From Candidatus Parachristensenella avicola (GTDB lineage Bacteria > Bacillota > Clostridia > Christensenellales > UMGS416): a stretch of 64,000 nt of DNA. Positions 42,030 through 49,941 of this stretch are shown here, in pieces. The position numbers were made by a program, and so were the translations under genes. The DNA lies in contig CAJFUN010000016.1 in the NCBI GenBank assembly GCA_904420205.1, forward strand, positions 12,395 to 76,394, read 5' to 3'. How positions within the stretch are numbered: position 1 is the first letter of the stretch; the number at the start of each line of letters is the position of its first letter. The notes beneath the pieces were generated by a model. The model was given only the letters and a program-made list of their open reading frames with translations. It made no database searches and was not told the origin of the DNA.

Positions 42030-43218
42030 CCGTCACAGGCTCCTTTTCCGCCGTAATCTCGGCAAGAGCGGCCCAAAGCGCGTCCGTCCCCTGGGACTGC
42101 TGCCATACGGCCGCGCCGGCCAGACCATATTCGTCCATCAGCGCGCCCTTTTCCTGCAGCGATCGGGCGTCCTCCATCCAAATGCGGTGAAAGCGTCCGT
42201 CCGTATCGGTAAATTCGTAGCACATCACAGACCAGTCTTCCTGCCATGTGCCCTTGTTTTGCCAGGTGTCCACGGTGATTTGCTCTTCCCCTCGGGTAAT
42301 GGTGCCTTCCTTCAGCAGCTTCTCCATGGCCGCCGCCGATATGGCGGCGTGCGCAGGTTCCTGCTCGCTGCCCTGAGGAGCATAAAAGTCCACCCCATAA
42401 AACGGGATGCCCAGCAGCACCTTGTCGGAGGGAATGGTTGCCAGCGTGCGCTCCACGGCCCGGCGCACCCAAGAAAGGGGGGCCACCGGCTGCACGGCCT
42501 CCCGGTGCGCGTCATAGCACATCAGGGCCAGATAATCCGCCGCTTCGGCCAAGCCCTCCCGGTCGTAGCATTGATACCAGTTGTTTTCATCCTCATAGCC
42601 CAGCGGCACGGTGACCGCCACCGCGATGGTCAGCTCCGGCATCGCTTGGTCTGCCGCTCGCACAAGTTCTGTATAAAGGGCTTTGTCGTCGGGATCCATT
42701 TGTTCAAAGTCGAAACAGATCCCGTCTACGCCGGCAGTGCGCGCCCATTGGGCCAGCGCAGCCGTAAACTCCGTGCGCGATTGGGTATCGGCCACCACCT
42801 GGCGGGAGAGCTCCGCGTCGAAGCTCACCACCGTAGCCCACACCTCGCCCCCCGCCTCATGGGCCGCCTGTACATAGGCCGGCGCGTTGAAGCCCGCATA
42901 GCCCATATCGTTGAGGCTGTGCAGCACAGGTTTGCCCAGGCTGTCGGCCTCCACGTAAAGCCAGGTCGGCGCTTGCACATCCACTCCCTGGGGCACGTTG
43001 AATTCGGTCGGCCGGTATGCCCAGGCTACCGAGAGCGCCTTCCCCTGGCGGGTCACCACGTTCTTCTCCCAGGGCTCAGGCTGGGCTACCGGCCGGCTGC
43101 GGGCCAGCCAGAATCCGGCGGCCACAATAACTGCCAACAGGATCGCCGCCGCAGCGGCGATCAACCGGTCCCGCTTCCCTTGCCGCCTTCGCCGCTGCCG
43201 TCTTTTGATCAGAGACAT
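42022..43218 (-). CDS. Glycoside hydrolase family 18 protein (membrane-anchored, YaaH/YdhD-like)
   Basis: N-terminal signal anchor and the catalytic DGICFDFE (DxxDxDxE) motif. Confidence 0.75.
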   Translation of the reverse strand: MSLIKRRQRRRRQGKRDRLIAAAAAILLAVIVAAGFWLARSRPVAQPEPWEKNVVTRQGKALSVAWAYRPTEFNVPQGVDVQAPTWLYVEADSLGKPVLHSLNDMGYAGFNAPAYVQAAHEAGGEVWATVVSFDAELSRQVVADTQSRTEFTAALAQWARTAGVDGICFDFEQMDPDDKALYTELVRAADQAMPELTIAVAVTVPLGYEDENNWYQCYDREGLAEAADYLALMCYDAHREAVQPVAPLSWVRRAVERTLATIPSDKVLLGIPFYGVDFYAPQGSEQEPAHAAISAAAMEKLLKEGTITRGEEQITVDTWQNKGTWQEDWSVMCYEFTDTDGRFHRIWMEDARSLQEKGALMDEYGLAGAAVWQQSQGTDALWAALAEITAEKEPVTDE

Positions 43219-43221
43219 GCG

Positions 43222-44091
43222 CTAATCCAGCTTTAGCGTATAACCCACGCGGAAGGTTTCCCCTTCCAGCAGGCGTTCCACGTCCACCTTGTGGGTCAGC
43301 TCGCCATCATGGTCGATCATGTCGGCATGGCCGCACCAGGGCTCCATGCAGATATAGGGCGCATTGGGCCCGGCCGACCAGAAGGCCAGCGTGGGGAAAC
43401 GATGAAAGTCCATGGTGACCCGGTGGCCGTTTGTGCGGCCGGCAAAGCTGACGAACCGAGATTTTAATCCCTTGAAAATCAGCGCATCCTCGTCGAACAT
43501 ATGGGGCGTGATGGGCAGCGTGTCGGTGTCCTCCAAGCAGGGCTCGGTTTGCCATTGCACGCCGCCATTGCGGAAACACCAGGTATCGGCGGTTTCCTTG
43601 CGCTCAAAGACGATGTCGTAATCCGCCCAACTTTCTCCAGGCAGCAGCGGCAGGTTGATGCCTGGATGGGCGCCAATGGAAAAATACAGATCGCCCGCCG
43701 TGCGGTTGACCACCTCATACTCGCAGTACAGCGTGATATCCTGCACCGTATAGGTAACGAAAAGCTCAAAATCAAAGGGGTAGACGGCCCGGGTCTCGGC
43801 GTTAGAGCAAAGGCGCAGCCGTACTGCGTCCGGCTTTTGCTCTACCGTCTCAAAGGCCATATCCTTGGCAAAACCATGCCCTCCCATGGGATAGGTCTTA
43901 CCCGCATAAGTATATTGCCCGCCGCGCGACACGCCTACAAAGGGAAAAAGGATGGGGGATTTGCGATCCCACCAGGCCGGGTCGCCCTGCCAAAGGTATT
44001 CAAGGCCCGTATCCAGGCGTACAATGCTGTCATATTCCGCGCCCACCGGGTTAATACGCACCCGGAGCGCCTGGCTTTCAATGGTAATCAT
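43222..44091 (-). CDS. Aldose 1-epimerase (galactose mutarotase-like) family protein
   Basis: ..SPILFPFVG....Y.Y.GK.Y....HGFA.. pattern. Start trimmed to MITIES (ATG 44091) behind AAGGAGG. Confidence 0.75.
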   Translation of the reverse strand: MITIESQALRVRINPVGAEYDSIVRLDTGLEYLWQGDPAWWDRKSPILFPFVGVSRGGQYTYAGKTYPMGGHGFAKDMAFETVEQKPDAVRLRLCSNAETRAVYPFDFELFVTYTVQDITLYCEYEVVNRTAGDLYFSIGAHPGINLPLLPGESWADYDIVFERKETADTWCFRNGGVQWQTEPCLEDTDTLPITPHMFDEDALIFKGLKSRFVSFAGRTNGHRVTMDFHRFPTLAFWSAGPNAPYICMEPWCGHADMIDHDGELTHKVDVERLLEGETFRVGYTLKLD

Positions 44092-44101
44092 AGCGCCTCC
44101 T

Positions 44102-44875
44102 TTACCGGTACCAAGCCTCAGGCACCGGTTCATGGTCGATAAACAGGTCAGGGTTATGGGCCAGCAGGCCGGTTACTAGCTTTCTGAGTGCTTCCGCGTC
44201 GATCAGCCATGAAAAAGCGTCGCCCACTTGACCGGTCACTGCCGTTCCTGTCCACAGCAGCGGACGGTCCAGCTTATCATAGTTGACCGAAACATCGCCA
44301 ATATGGCGGCGTGAAGGCACCGGGATCCGGTTCCCCGCCTCATCCACCGTCACCAGCGGCTCGCGGTCTTCTGTAAGCCGGCCCGGAATATGGTTCCACT
44401 CCTCCACACCGTGCACAAAGGTATTGCGCGCCAGCGATACGCCCAGCATCAGGATCTTCCCGCCCCGCTGGGCGATGCGGCCCCAGGGCGAATCCCAGGC
44501 GCAGGGAGTGTCAAAGCGCTCGTGCCCCTGGCAGAATCCTGCGGCATCCTTTCCCCAGGCCGCCACCGAATGGGTCGGATGCAGGGAACGCACTACGCCC
44601 GCCCGATGGCGGAATATCTCCGGCAGCATCCCCACGCAGGAGGGGCTGTCTTTCACCGAAAAGACCGGATTCATATCGTTGATATACGCCCAGCTATGGG
44701 TAGGCAGCACCAGCAGCCCTTCCGGTCCCACCGCTGCCTGCAGGGCATCCAGCAGCGCGTCGGCCCCGCCGTCGATGGGGCCGACGGATTTAATGGAAGA
44801 ATGCACCAATAGCGTATCCCCGCTGTGCACGCCCAACCCGGCCAGGTCATCCATCAGTCTTTCTTTGCTCCACAT
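44102..44875 (-). CDS. Aminoglycoside N3-acetyltransferase family (AAC(3)/YokD-like) protein
   Basis: LGVHSGDTLLVHSSIKSVGPIDGGADALLDAL..LLVLPTHSW is typical of the AAC(3) fold. Confidence 0.8.
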   Translation of the reverse strand: MWSKERLMDDLAGLGVHSGDTLLVHSSIKSVGPIDGGADALLDALQAAVGPEGLLVLPTHSWAYINDMNPVFSVKDSPSCVGMLPEIFRHRAGVVRSLHPTHSVAAWGKDAAGFCQGHERFDTPCAWDSPWGRIAQRGGKILMLGVSLARNTFVHGVEEWNHIPGRLTEDREPLVTVDEAGNRIPVPSRRHIGDVSVNYDKLDRPLLWTGTAVTGQVGDAFSWLIDAEALRKLVTGLLAHNPDLFIDHEPVPEAWYR

Positions 44876-44915
44876 GGCAGTTCTCCTTATCTCGGCCTTT
44901 TCCGCGGCCGCGCTT

Positions 44916-44924
44916 ATTATACCA
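44916..44924 (-). promoter_or_regulatory. Extended -10 promoter upstream of the AAC(3)-led gene string
   Basis: The minus strand reads TGgTATAAT about 40 nt upstream of ATG 44875. Confidence 0.5.
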
Positions 44925-44954
44925 TAATCCGCTGAATTCAGCCAAGGTTCAGTC

Positions 44955-46997
44955 TCAATTGCCAGATTTCGCCTGCCGGGCGCTTCGGCGCTCCAGCACC
45001 TGCACCGGCCCTTGTGCCCGAACGCTTTCGCCCGTTACCTCCAGGCGTGCCGTCCCTTTAGACGTTTTAAGCGTCACGGTATATCGATCCACCAATCCCG
45101 TCAAGGGCCGCGCGTTCCAACCGCCTTCCCCGTCGGGCGAAAGGCCTGCCAGGTACCGATAGGCCATGGTCAGCGGCGCGCCGCTCCAAGCGTGGTTCCG
45201 GGTGCCCAGCACGTCAAAATCCTCCCAAAGGGTTGAGCCGCCGGCACGCAGCATACGGTCATAGCGGTCCATCATGCGTTCATAGGCCAGCTCAGCCTGG
45301 CCCAGCCCAAAGAGCGCCTCCATGACAAAAACTTCCATATAGGGCGTCGCCCTGCGCACGGTGCGCAGCGTTTCCACCAAAGCCGGATTACTATCCGGCG
45401 CCGCCAGCCCGGTCAGGAAAGCCAGCGCGTTGGCCCGGTCATCGCAGACATCGCCGGAGCGGTAGCCGTCGGGATGGCGAAAAGTCCGCTCAAAGGCCGC
45501 TGGCAGCGCTTCCTTACGGGCCTCCAGCGCCGGATCGGGACGGCGTCCCAGCCGTCCGGCGGCATCCATATAGAAGCAAAGGGCGCTGTAATACCAGGCA
45601 TTTTCCAGCACCGGCGCATCGATCCCCTCGCCATGGTCGAACCAGTACCAATCGCCCTGGCGCGGTTTGACCAGGCCGCACGCTTCCACATCCCATAGCT
45701 TCAAATAGTCTTCCATGGCCGGATAAGCCAGTTCCAGCGGCTCCTCATCGCCTGTAAAATCTACGTATTCGGCAATCATGCCCAGCCTGGAGATGGCGCA
45801 CAGCGACTGAGCGGGCAGCTCCGTGCTGTGAATGCCCGGTACATTGCCCACCAGGGCCGCGCCTTTGCGGTGGCTGATAAAATCGCAAATCGCTTTTTTC
45901 AGCAGCAGCCTCCCCTGGTCATCCAAGGTCATCAGCGCCTGAGGCGCCTGAACGCTGACATCGCCGATCCACTGTCCCCGCTCTCGATCGGGGCAGTCCA
46001 TAAAGTTATCCCGCATACAGACAAGCAGCGTGCGCTGGGCGCGCTGCACCAAACGATCCAGCCGTGGATCGGCGCTTTCAAATTCCGCCGTCACCTGGGC
46101 AGCGTAGCCGCTTTCCCGATAGGCGAGCTCCACTACCTCCACCTGGGGATCCATGCGGTAGATCACGTTCTCGCCATAGAGCCAGTTAAGCCCTTCAAAG
46201 TGCTGCAGTCCCTCGCGGGTAATGTATTCCACCCGGTGGCCGTTATAGACGTGATGATCGTCTCCCGGGCCGCCGGGCACCACATAGTGGTCGGTCGACA
46301 CGCGGATGACGCAGCCTGCCGGCGCGCGCACCGTAAAACATGGGGTAATCTGCGCGCCATGGGGCAGCTGCGCCACCACACGCCCCTTCTGGCGGCAAAG
46401 GGAAACGTAAGGCTGCGGCTCTCCAGCCCGAACCGGGGGTATTGGCCGGGCGTACAGCGGAGATCCCGTCGTCTCCACCGCATCCGGCCAATCGCTGTCG
46501 TCAAAGTCGCAGGCCGTAAAGTCACCAATGTCCAGCCGCGCGTCATATCCTATATTGTGGCCACCATAGAGATAAGCCGGCCATGGCGGTTCAGTGGGGC
46601 CGTAAGCCGGATGCAGGATGCCCTTAAAGGCCGGCGTCTCCCCCTCGTCCATGGCAAAATAGAATCCCGGGTAGCCGCCGTCTATGTTGTTGCGCCCGCC
46701 GTTGCCCCAATACCAGACCAAAGCGGCGATCACGTTCTCGCCTTGCTTCAGGTAGGGGGAAAGGTCGACCCGGTCCCCATAGGCGCCGCCGGGCACGGGG
46801 CCACGATTCAGCCCGCCCTCAAAAACAACCGGCTGCCCGTTAACATAGAGATAATACTTGGTATCGGCGGCGACTGTGGCCATGGCCGCGCCGTCGTGAA
46901 CATACAGGCGCGCCCGGAAAGCGGCCCACTGGTTGGCCTGCCGGCTATGGGACACCCAAAGCCAGGGCGCCCTGGTTTGAATCTGATCGAAAAGCAT
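44955..46997 (-). CDS. GH78-related six-hairpin glycosidase (alpha-L-rhamnosidase-like)
   Basis: 680 aa. MDCPDRERGQWIGD matches the DCPxRER.GW.GD signature of the rhamnosidase (alpha/alpha)6 domain. Confidence 0.65.
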   Translation of the reverse strand: MLFDQIQTRAPWLWVSHSRQANQWAAFRARLYVHDGAAMATVAADTKYYLYVNGQPVVFEGGLNRGPVPGGAYGDRVDLSPYLKQGENVIAALVWYWGNGGRNNIDGGYPGFYFAMDEGETPAFKGILHPAYGPTEPPWPAYLYGGHNIGYDARLDIGDFTACDFDDSDWPDAVETTGSPLYARPIPPVRAGEPQPYVSLCRQKGRVVAQLPHGAQITPCFTVRAPAGCVIRVSTDHYVVPGGPGDDHHVYNGHRVEYITREGLQHFEGLNWLYGENVIYRMDPQVEVVELAYRESGYAAQVTAEFESADPRLDRLVQRAQRTLLVCMRDNFMDCPDRERGQWIGDVSVQAPQALMTLDDQGRLLLKKAICDFISHRKGAALVGNVPGIHSTELPAQSLCAISRLGMIAEYVDFTGDEEPLELAYPAMEDYLKLWDVEACGLVKPRQGDWYWFDHGEGIDAPVLENAWYYSALCFYMDAAGRLGRRPDPALEARKEALPAAFERTFRHPDGYRSGDVCDDRANALAFLTGLAAPDSNPALVETLRTVRRATPYMEVFVMEALFGLGQAELAYERMMDRYDRMLRAGGSTLWEDFDVLGTRNHAWSGAPLTMAYRYLAGLSPDGEGGWNARPLTGLVDRYTVTLKTSKGTARLEVTGESVRAQGPVQVLERRSARQAKSGN

Positions 46998-47068
46998 CTT
47001 TCATCCTTCCCGGAATATCGGTTCGCATAATTTTTTGTCGATAAAAGAATTATATCATGTTTACCTGG

Positions 47069-47097
47069 TTGCGCGAAAGCCGTTTTTCCGATATAAT
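47069..47097 (+). promoter_or_regulatory. Promoter of the Mn riboswitch-mntP unit
   Basis: TTGCGC-17 nt-TATAAT. Confidence 0.55.
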
Positions 47098-47099
47098 GA

Positions 47100-47222
47100 A
47101 AGGTGTTGAAAGGGAGTAGCTCTTTCGCAGGGTCAACATACTGGCCTTTTCCGGCCTGGCTCTGCGACCGTTTGCGGCAGCGAGACTTTCGGCGTATAGA
47201 CATACGCCGGAAGTCTCTTTTT
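47100..47222 (+). promoter_or_regulatory. yybP-ykoY (manganese) riboswitch with terminator expression platform
   Basis: AAAGGGAGTAGC and GGTCAACATAC conserved cores. The terminator GAGACTTTCGGCGTAT-aga-CATACGCCGGAAGTCTC is followed by TTTTT. Lies directly upstream of mntP. Confidence 0.8.
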
Positions 47223-47257
47223 ATATGATAAAGAAACCATAAGACAGGAGAAACAGC

Positions 47258-47821
47258 ATGGGATTTTTCGACTTTTTGCTCACCGGCGTGGGCCTTTCCA
47301 TGGACGCCTGCGCCGTATCGGCCACCCACGGGCTGGCCATGAAACGCATCAGCTGGGGCCGCGCCCTGGCCGTGGCGCTGGCCTTCGCCCTATTCCAGGG
47401 AATTATGCCCCTGATCGGCTATTACGCCGGCAGTTTTTTTGCCGGGTGGGTATCCAGCTTTGCCAATTGGCTGGCCTTTGGACTGCTGGCGCTGGTAGGC
47501 GGCAAGATGATCTGGGACAGCCGCAAATGTGAAGATGGCGACGAGGACGCCTGCTCATGTACTGGGCGCAGCTTTCTATGTACGCTGCTGGTGCAAGCCG
47601 TGGCCACCAGCATCGACGCGCTGGCGGTTGGCTTTTCCATGGCAGCCCTGGGCGTGTCCATCTTCTACGCCATCGCCGTCATCAGCTGCACCACTTTCGT
47701 GATGAGCCTGGCCTGCGTCATCCTCGGTCATAAGCTGGGAACCTTTCTTGCCGACAAGGCCCAGCTAGCCGGCGGTATCATCCTCATCCTCATCGGGCTG
47801 AAGATCGCGCTTTTTTCTTAA
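47258..47821 (+). CDS. mntP: Manganese efflux pump MntP
   Basis: 187 aa. GLSMDACAVS and ..TSIDALAVG.. duplicated DUF204 motifs. Confidence 0.9.
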   Translation: MGFFDFLLTGVGLSMDACAVSATHGLAMKRISWGRALAVALAFALFQGIMPLIGYYAGSFFAGWVSSFANWLAFGLLALVGGKMIWDSRKCEDGDEDACSCTGRSFLCTLLVQAVATSIDALAVGFSMAALGVSIFYAIAVISCTTFVMSLACVILGHKLGTFLADKAQLAGGIILILIGLKIALFS

Positions 47822-47826
47822 AGGCC

Positions 47827-47860
47827 AAAGGCCCGCCGCTTGTTCTTGCGGCGGGCCTTT
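47827..47860. terminator. GC-rich hairpin between convergent genes
   Basis: AAAGGCCCGCCGC-8 nt-GCGGCGGGCCTTT. Short U-runs on both strands. Confidence 0.55.
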
Positions 47861-47879
47861 AAGATAGCCGTCCCTTTTT

Positions 47880-48167
47880 TCATGCGTCGTCGAAGAGGCC
47901 AGCGAGCGCCAGGCGGAAGCCCAGGCGATAGCCCTCCATAAAGCGCGATAGCCCGTCCTCGCTGGCGGCCAAGGACAGAAGCTCTTCCAAGCGGCGATAC
48001 TGATCCCGCTGCTCGTCGGTCAGCCCCCGGAGGAACTCCTCCTCCAGCTTTCCGGCCTGCTCCTGGTAGGCCCGGGCCTCCGGCAAGGGCTGATAATCCT
48101 CGTATGGATGGATGCGGCCAAAGAAAAGCTGCTCGAGAACGCAGGCCCTATCCTTCTGCTGTGCCAT
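47880..48167 (-). CDS. Small hypothetical protein (95 aa)
   Basis: MAQQKDRACVLEQLFFGRIHPYE.. Start behind AAAGGAG. Resembles short clostridial proteins of unknown function, but I cannot name the family with confidence. Confidence 0.5.
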   Translation of the reverse strand: MAQQKDRACVLEQLFFGRIHPYEDYQPLPEARAYQEQAGKLEEEFLRGLTDEQRDQYRRLEELLSLAASEDGLSRFMEGYRLGFRLALAGLFDDA

Positions 48168-48414
48168 TTCGACGCTCCTTTCCGCGCCGGCCGCCCTCGC
48201 GTGGCGATAGCCCTGATTCGCCGCCGCCTGCAGGCGCGGGGCCCAGGGGAGGCTCTGGCAAGCGCGCACCCGTTGCGCGGTTTGTCGTTTTTATCAATTA
48301 AATTATACCATGTAGCATTTTGGGCGCAAGCCTATTTCTCGATTTTTGTCGGATTTCTGCGTCATTACCGGCGGCTGCACCAAAGCGCTGCATAGAAAAG
48401 AAAGGGAGAAACCA

Positions 48415-49104
48415 ATGAAAGCCTATATGAACTGGAGCAGCGGCAAGGACTCCGCGCTGGCGTTTTATCGCGCGCAGCAGTCCGGCTTATACGACATTGC
48501 CGCCCTGTTTACCGTCGTTCATGCGCAATCCCAAAACGTCCCCATGCATGAGACGCCTCTGGCGCTGATTCATCGGCAAGCCCAATCTATCGGCGTACCA
48601 TTGACCTCTCTGCCCATGGAGCCCGGCGTATCCGATGACCTTGACCGCACGCAAATGCTGCAGTGGATGGCCCAATGCAAGCAGCAAGGCATCGATACCG
48701 CAATTTTCGGTGATCTTTACCTGGAACCGCTCCGGGCCCGGCGTGAAAAAAAGCTTGAGGGCTCCGGCATACAGGCCGCCTTTCCCCTCTGGGGCAGCCA
48801 GCCTCGGCAGCTCATGGACGAATGGATCGACGCAGGTTTCAAGGCAATCCTAACCTGCGTGGACGGCGCGGTACTGGATGAAAGCTTTCTCGGCCGGACG
48901 ATCGACGCCCAGTTGCTGCGCGATCTGCCGCCTTCGGCAGACCTATGCGGAGAAAGAGGCGAATATCACAGCTTTGTTTATGACGGCCCTATTTTCCGCT
49001 CCCCCGTCCCCTTCCGGGTGATCCGCAAGTATTATCGGGATTACCCCGCCATGGAAGAGGGCGGGCAGGGCTGCCACCGGTATTGGTATCTGGATATCGG
49101 CTGA
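48415..49104 (+). CDS. Dph6-related ATP pyrophosphatase (MJ0570/ATP_bind_4 family)
   Basis: N-terminal NWSSGKDSALA PP-loop variant and ..GERGEYHSFV.. near the C-terminus. Start trimmed to ATG 48415 behind AAAGGGAG. Confidence 0.7.
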   Translation: MKAYMNWSSGKDSALAFYRAQQSGLYDIAALFTVVHAQSQNVPMHETPLALIHRQAQSIGVPLTSLPMEPGVSDDLDRTQMLQWMAQCKQQGIDTAIFGDLYLEPLRARREKKLEGSGIQAAFPLWGSQPRQLMDEWIDAGFKAILTCVDGAVLDESFLGRTIDAQLLRDLPPSADLCGERGEYHSFVYDGPIFRSPVPFRVIRKYYRDYPAMEEGGQGCHRYWYLDIG

Positions 49105-49125
49105 GATTCCCTGCCCACAATCCCG

Positions 49126-49758
49126 CTATAGCCGGTTCGCCTGCGAAAAGAATGCCTGGAGCTTTCGGCTCAGCGCCGCAGGATGATCCCGGTTCACTTC
49201 GTGTCCCGCTTGGGGAATCCAATCGAGCTTAGCTTTTTCGATTCGCTCGCTCAACCGTAAGGCAGCGGGCCGGTTCGCCTTGTCCCCATCTCCGCACAGG
49301 ATCAGGGTTGGGCAGCGAATTTTATCCAAATTTTCCGAAAAGTCCAGCGATATCATGGATCTGCACAGGGCGATCAAATCGCTCTTCTCCCAACCCATCT
49401 GCTGAAATACCGACCGAGGCATAAGGCGAAACGCCATATTCTGAAGCCGCATCAGCCCGCGGGGCGTTGCATACTGAACGCCGATCAACGCCAGCGCCTT
49501 CACCTTTTCCGGGTGCTCGGTCCCATACTGCAGCGCAAGCATGCCGCCCAAAGAGAGCCCGCACAGATAAATTGGGCCTTCCAGCCGTTCGCATGCCTGC
49601 TCCATCCCCCGATATAAGCTTTCATAGCAGGGCGCTTTCCCACGAAGCCAATCCGACATCTCCGGGCAGATCACCGTAAAGCCGTCCTGCATCCCCGCAG
49701 CCGTCTTATCCCAGCTGGAGGCCGTCTGTCCAAGGCCGTGCAGCATCATACAGTTCAT
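49126..49758 (-). CDS. Alpha/beta hydrolase fold protein
   Basis: MLHGLGQT and the nucleophile elbow GLSLGG. Confidence 0.75.
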   Translation of the reverse strand: MNCMMLHGLGQTASSWDKTAAGMQDGFTVICPEMSDWLRGKAPCYESLYRGMEQACERLEGPIYLCGLSLGGMLALQYGTEHPEKVKALALIGVQYATPRGLMRLQNMAFRLMPRSVFQQMGWEKSDLIALCRSMISLDFSENLDKIRCPTLILCGDGDKANRPAALRLSERIEKAKLDWIPQAGHEVNRDHPAALSRKLQAFFSQANRL

Positions 49759-49871
49759 TTGTTTCGCTCCCGCTTTTTGCTTTTATTTTATCATATTCCC
49801 TGCGCGCTTGCCATGAACGGCGCTTCATTGCCCTGTGGGCAAAGGACGGCGCCAGGGCAAAATCCTTTCTC

Positions 49872-49900
49872 TTGACCGGCAGCCGCTTTTGCCCTATGCT
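49872..49900 (+). promoter_or_regulatory. Promoter of the GH78 gene, flanked by TTGCCC/GGGCAA repeats
   Basis: TTGACC-17 nt-TATGCT. TTTTGCCCT (49887-95) abuts the -10 and is the inverted repeat of AGGGCAAAA (49854-62). Confidence 0.5.
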
Positions 49901-49941
49901 GGTATAAAGTTCGCCGGATACCGGCAAGAGGAGGCCGTATC

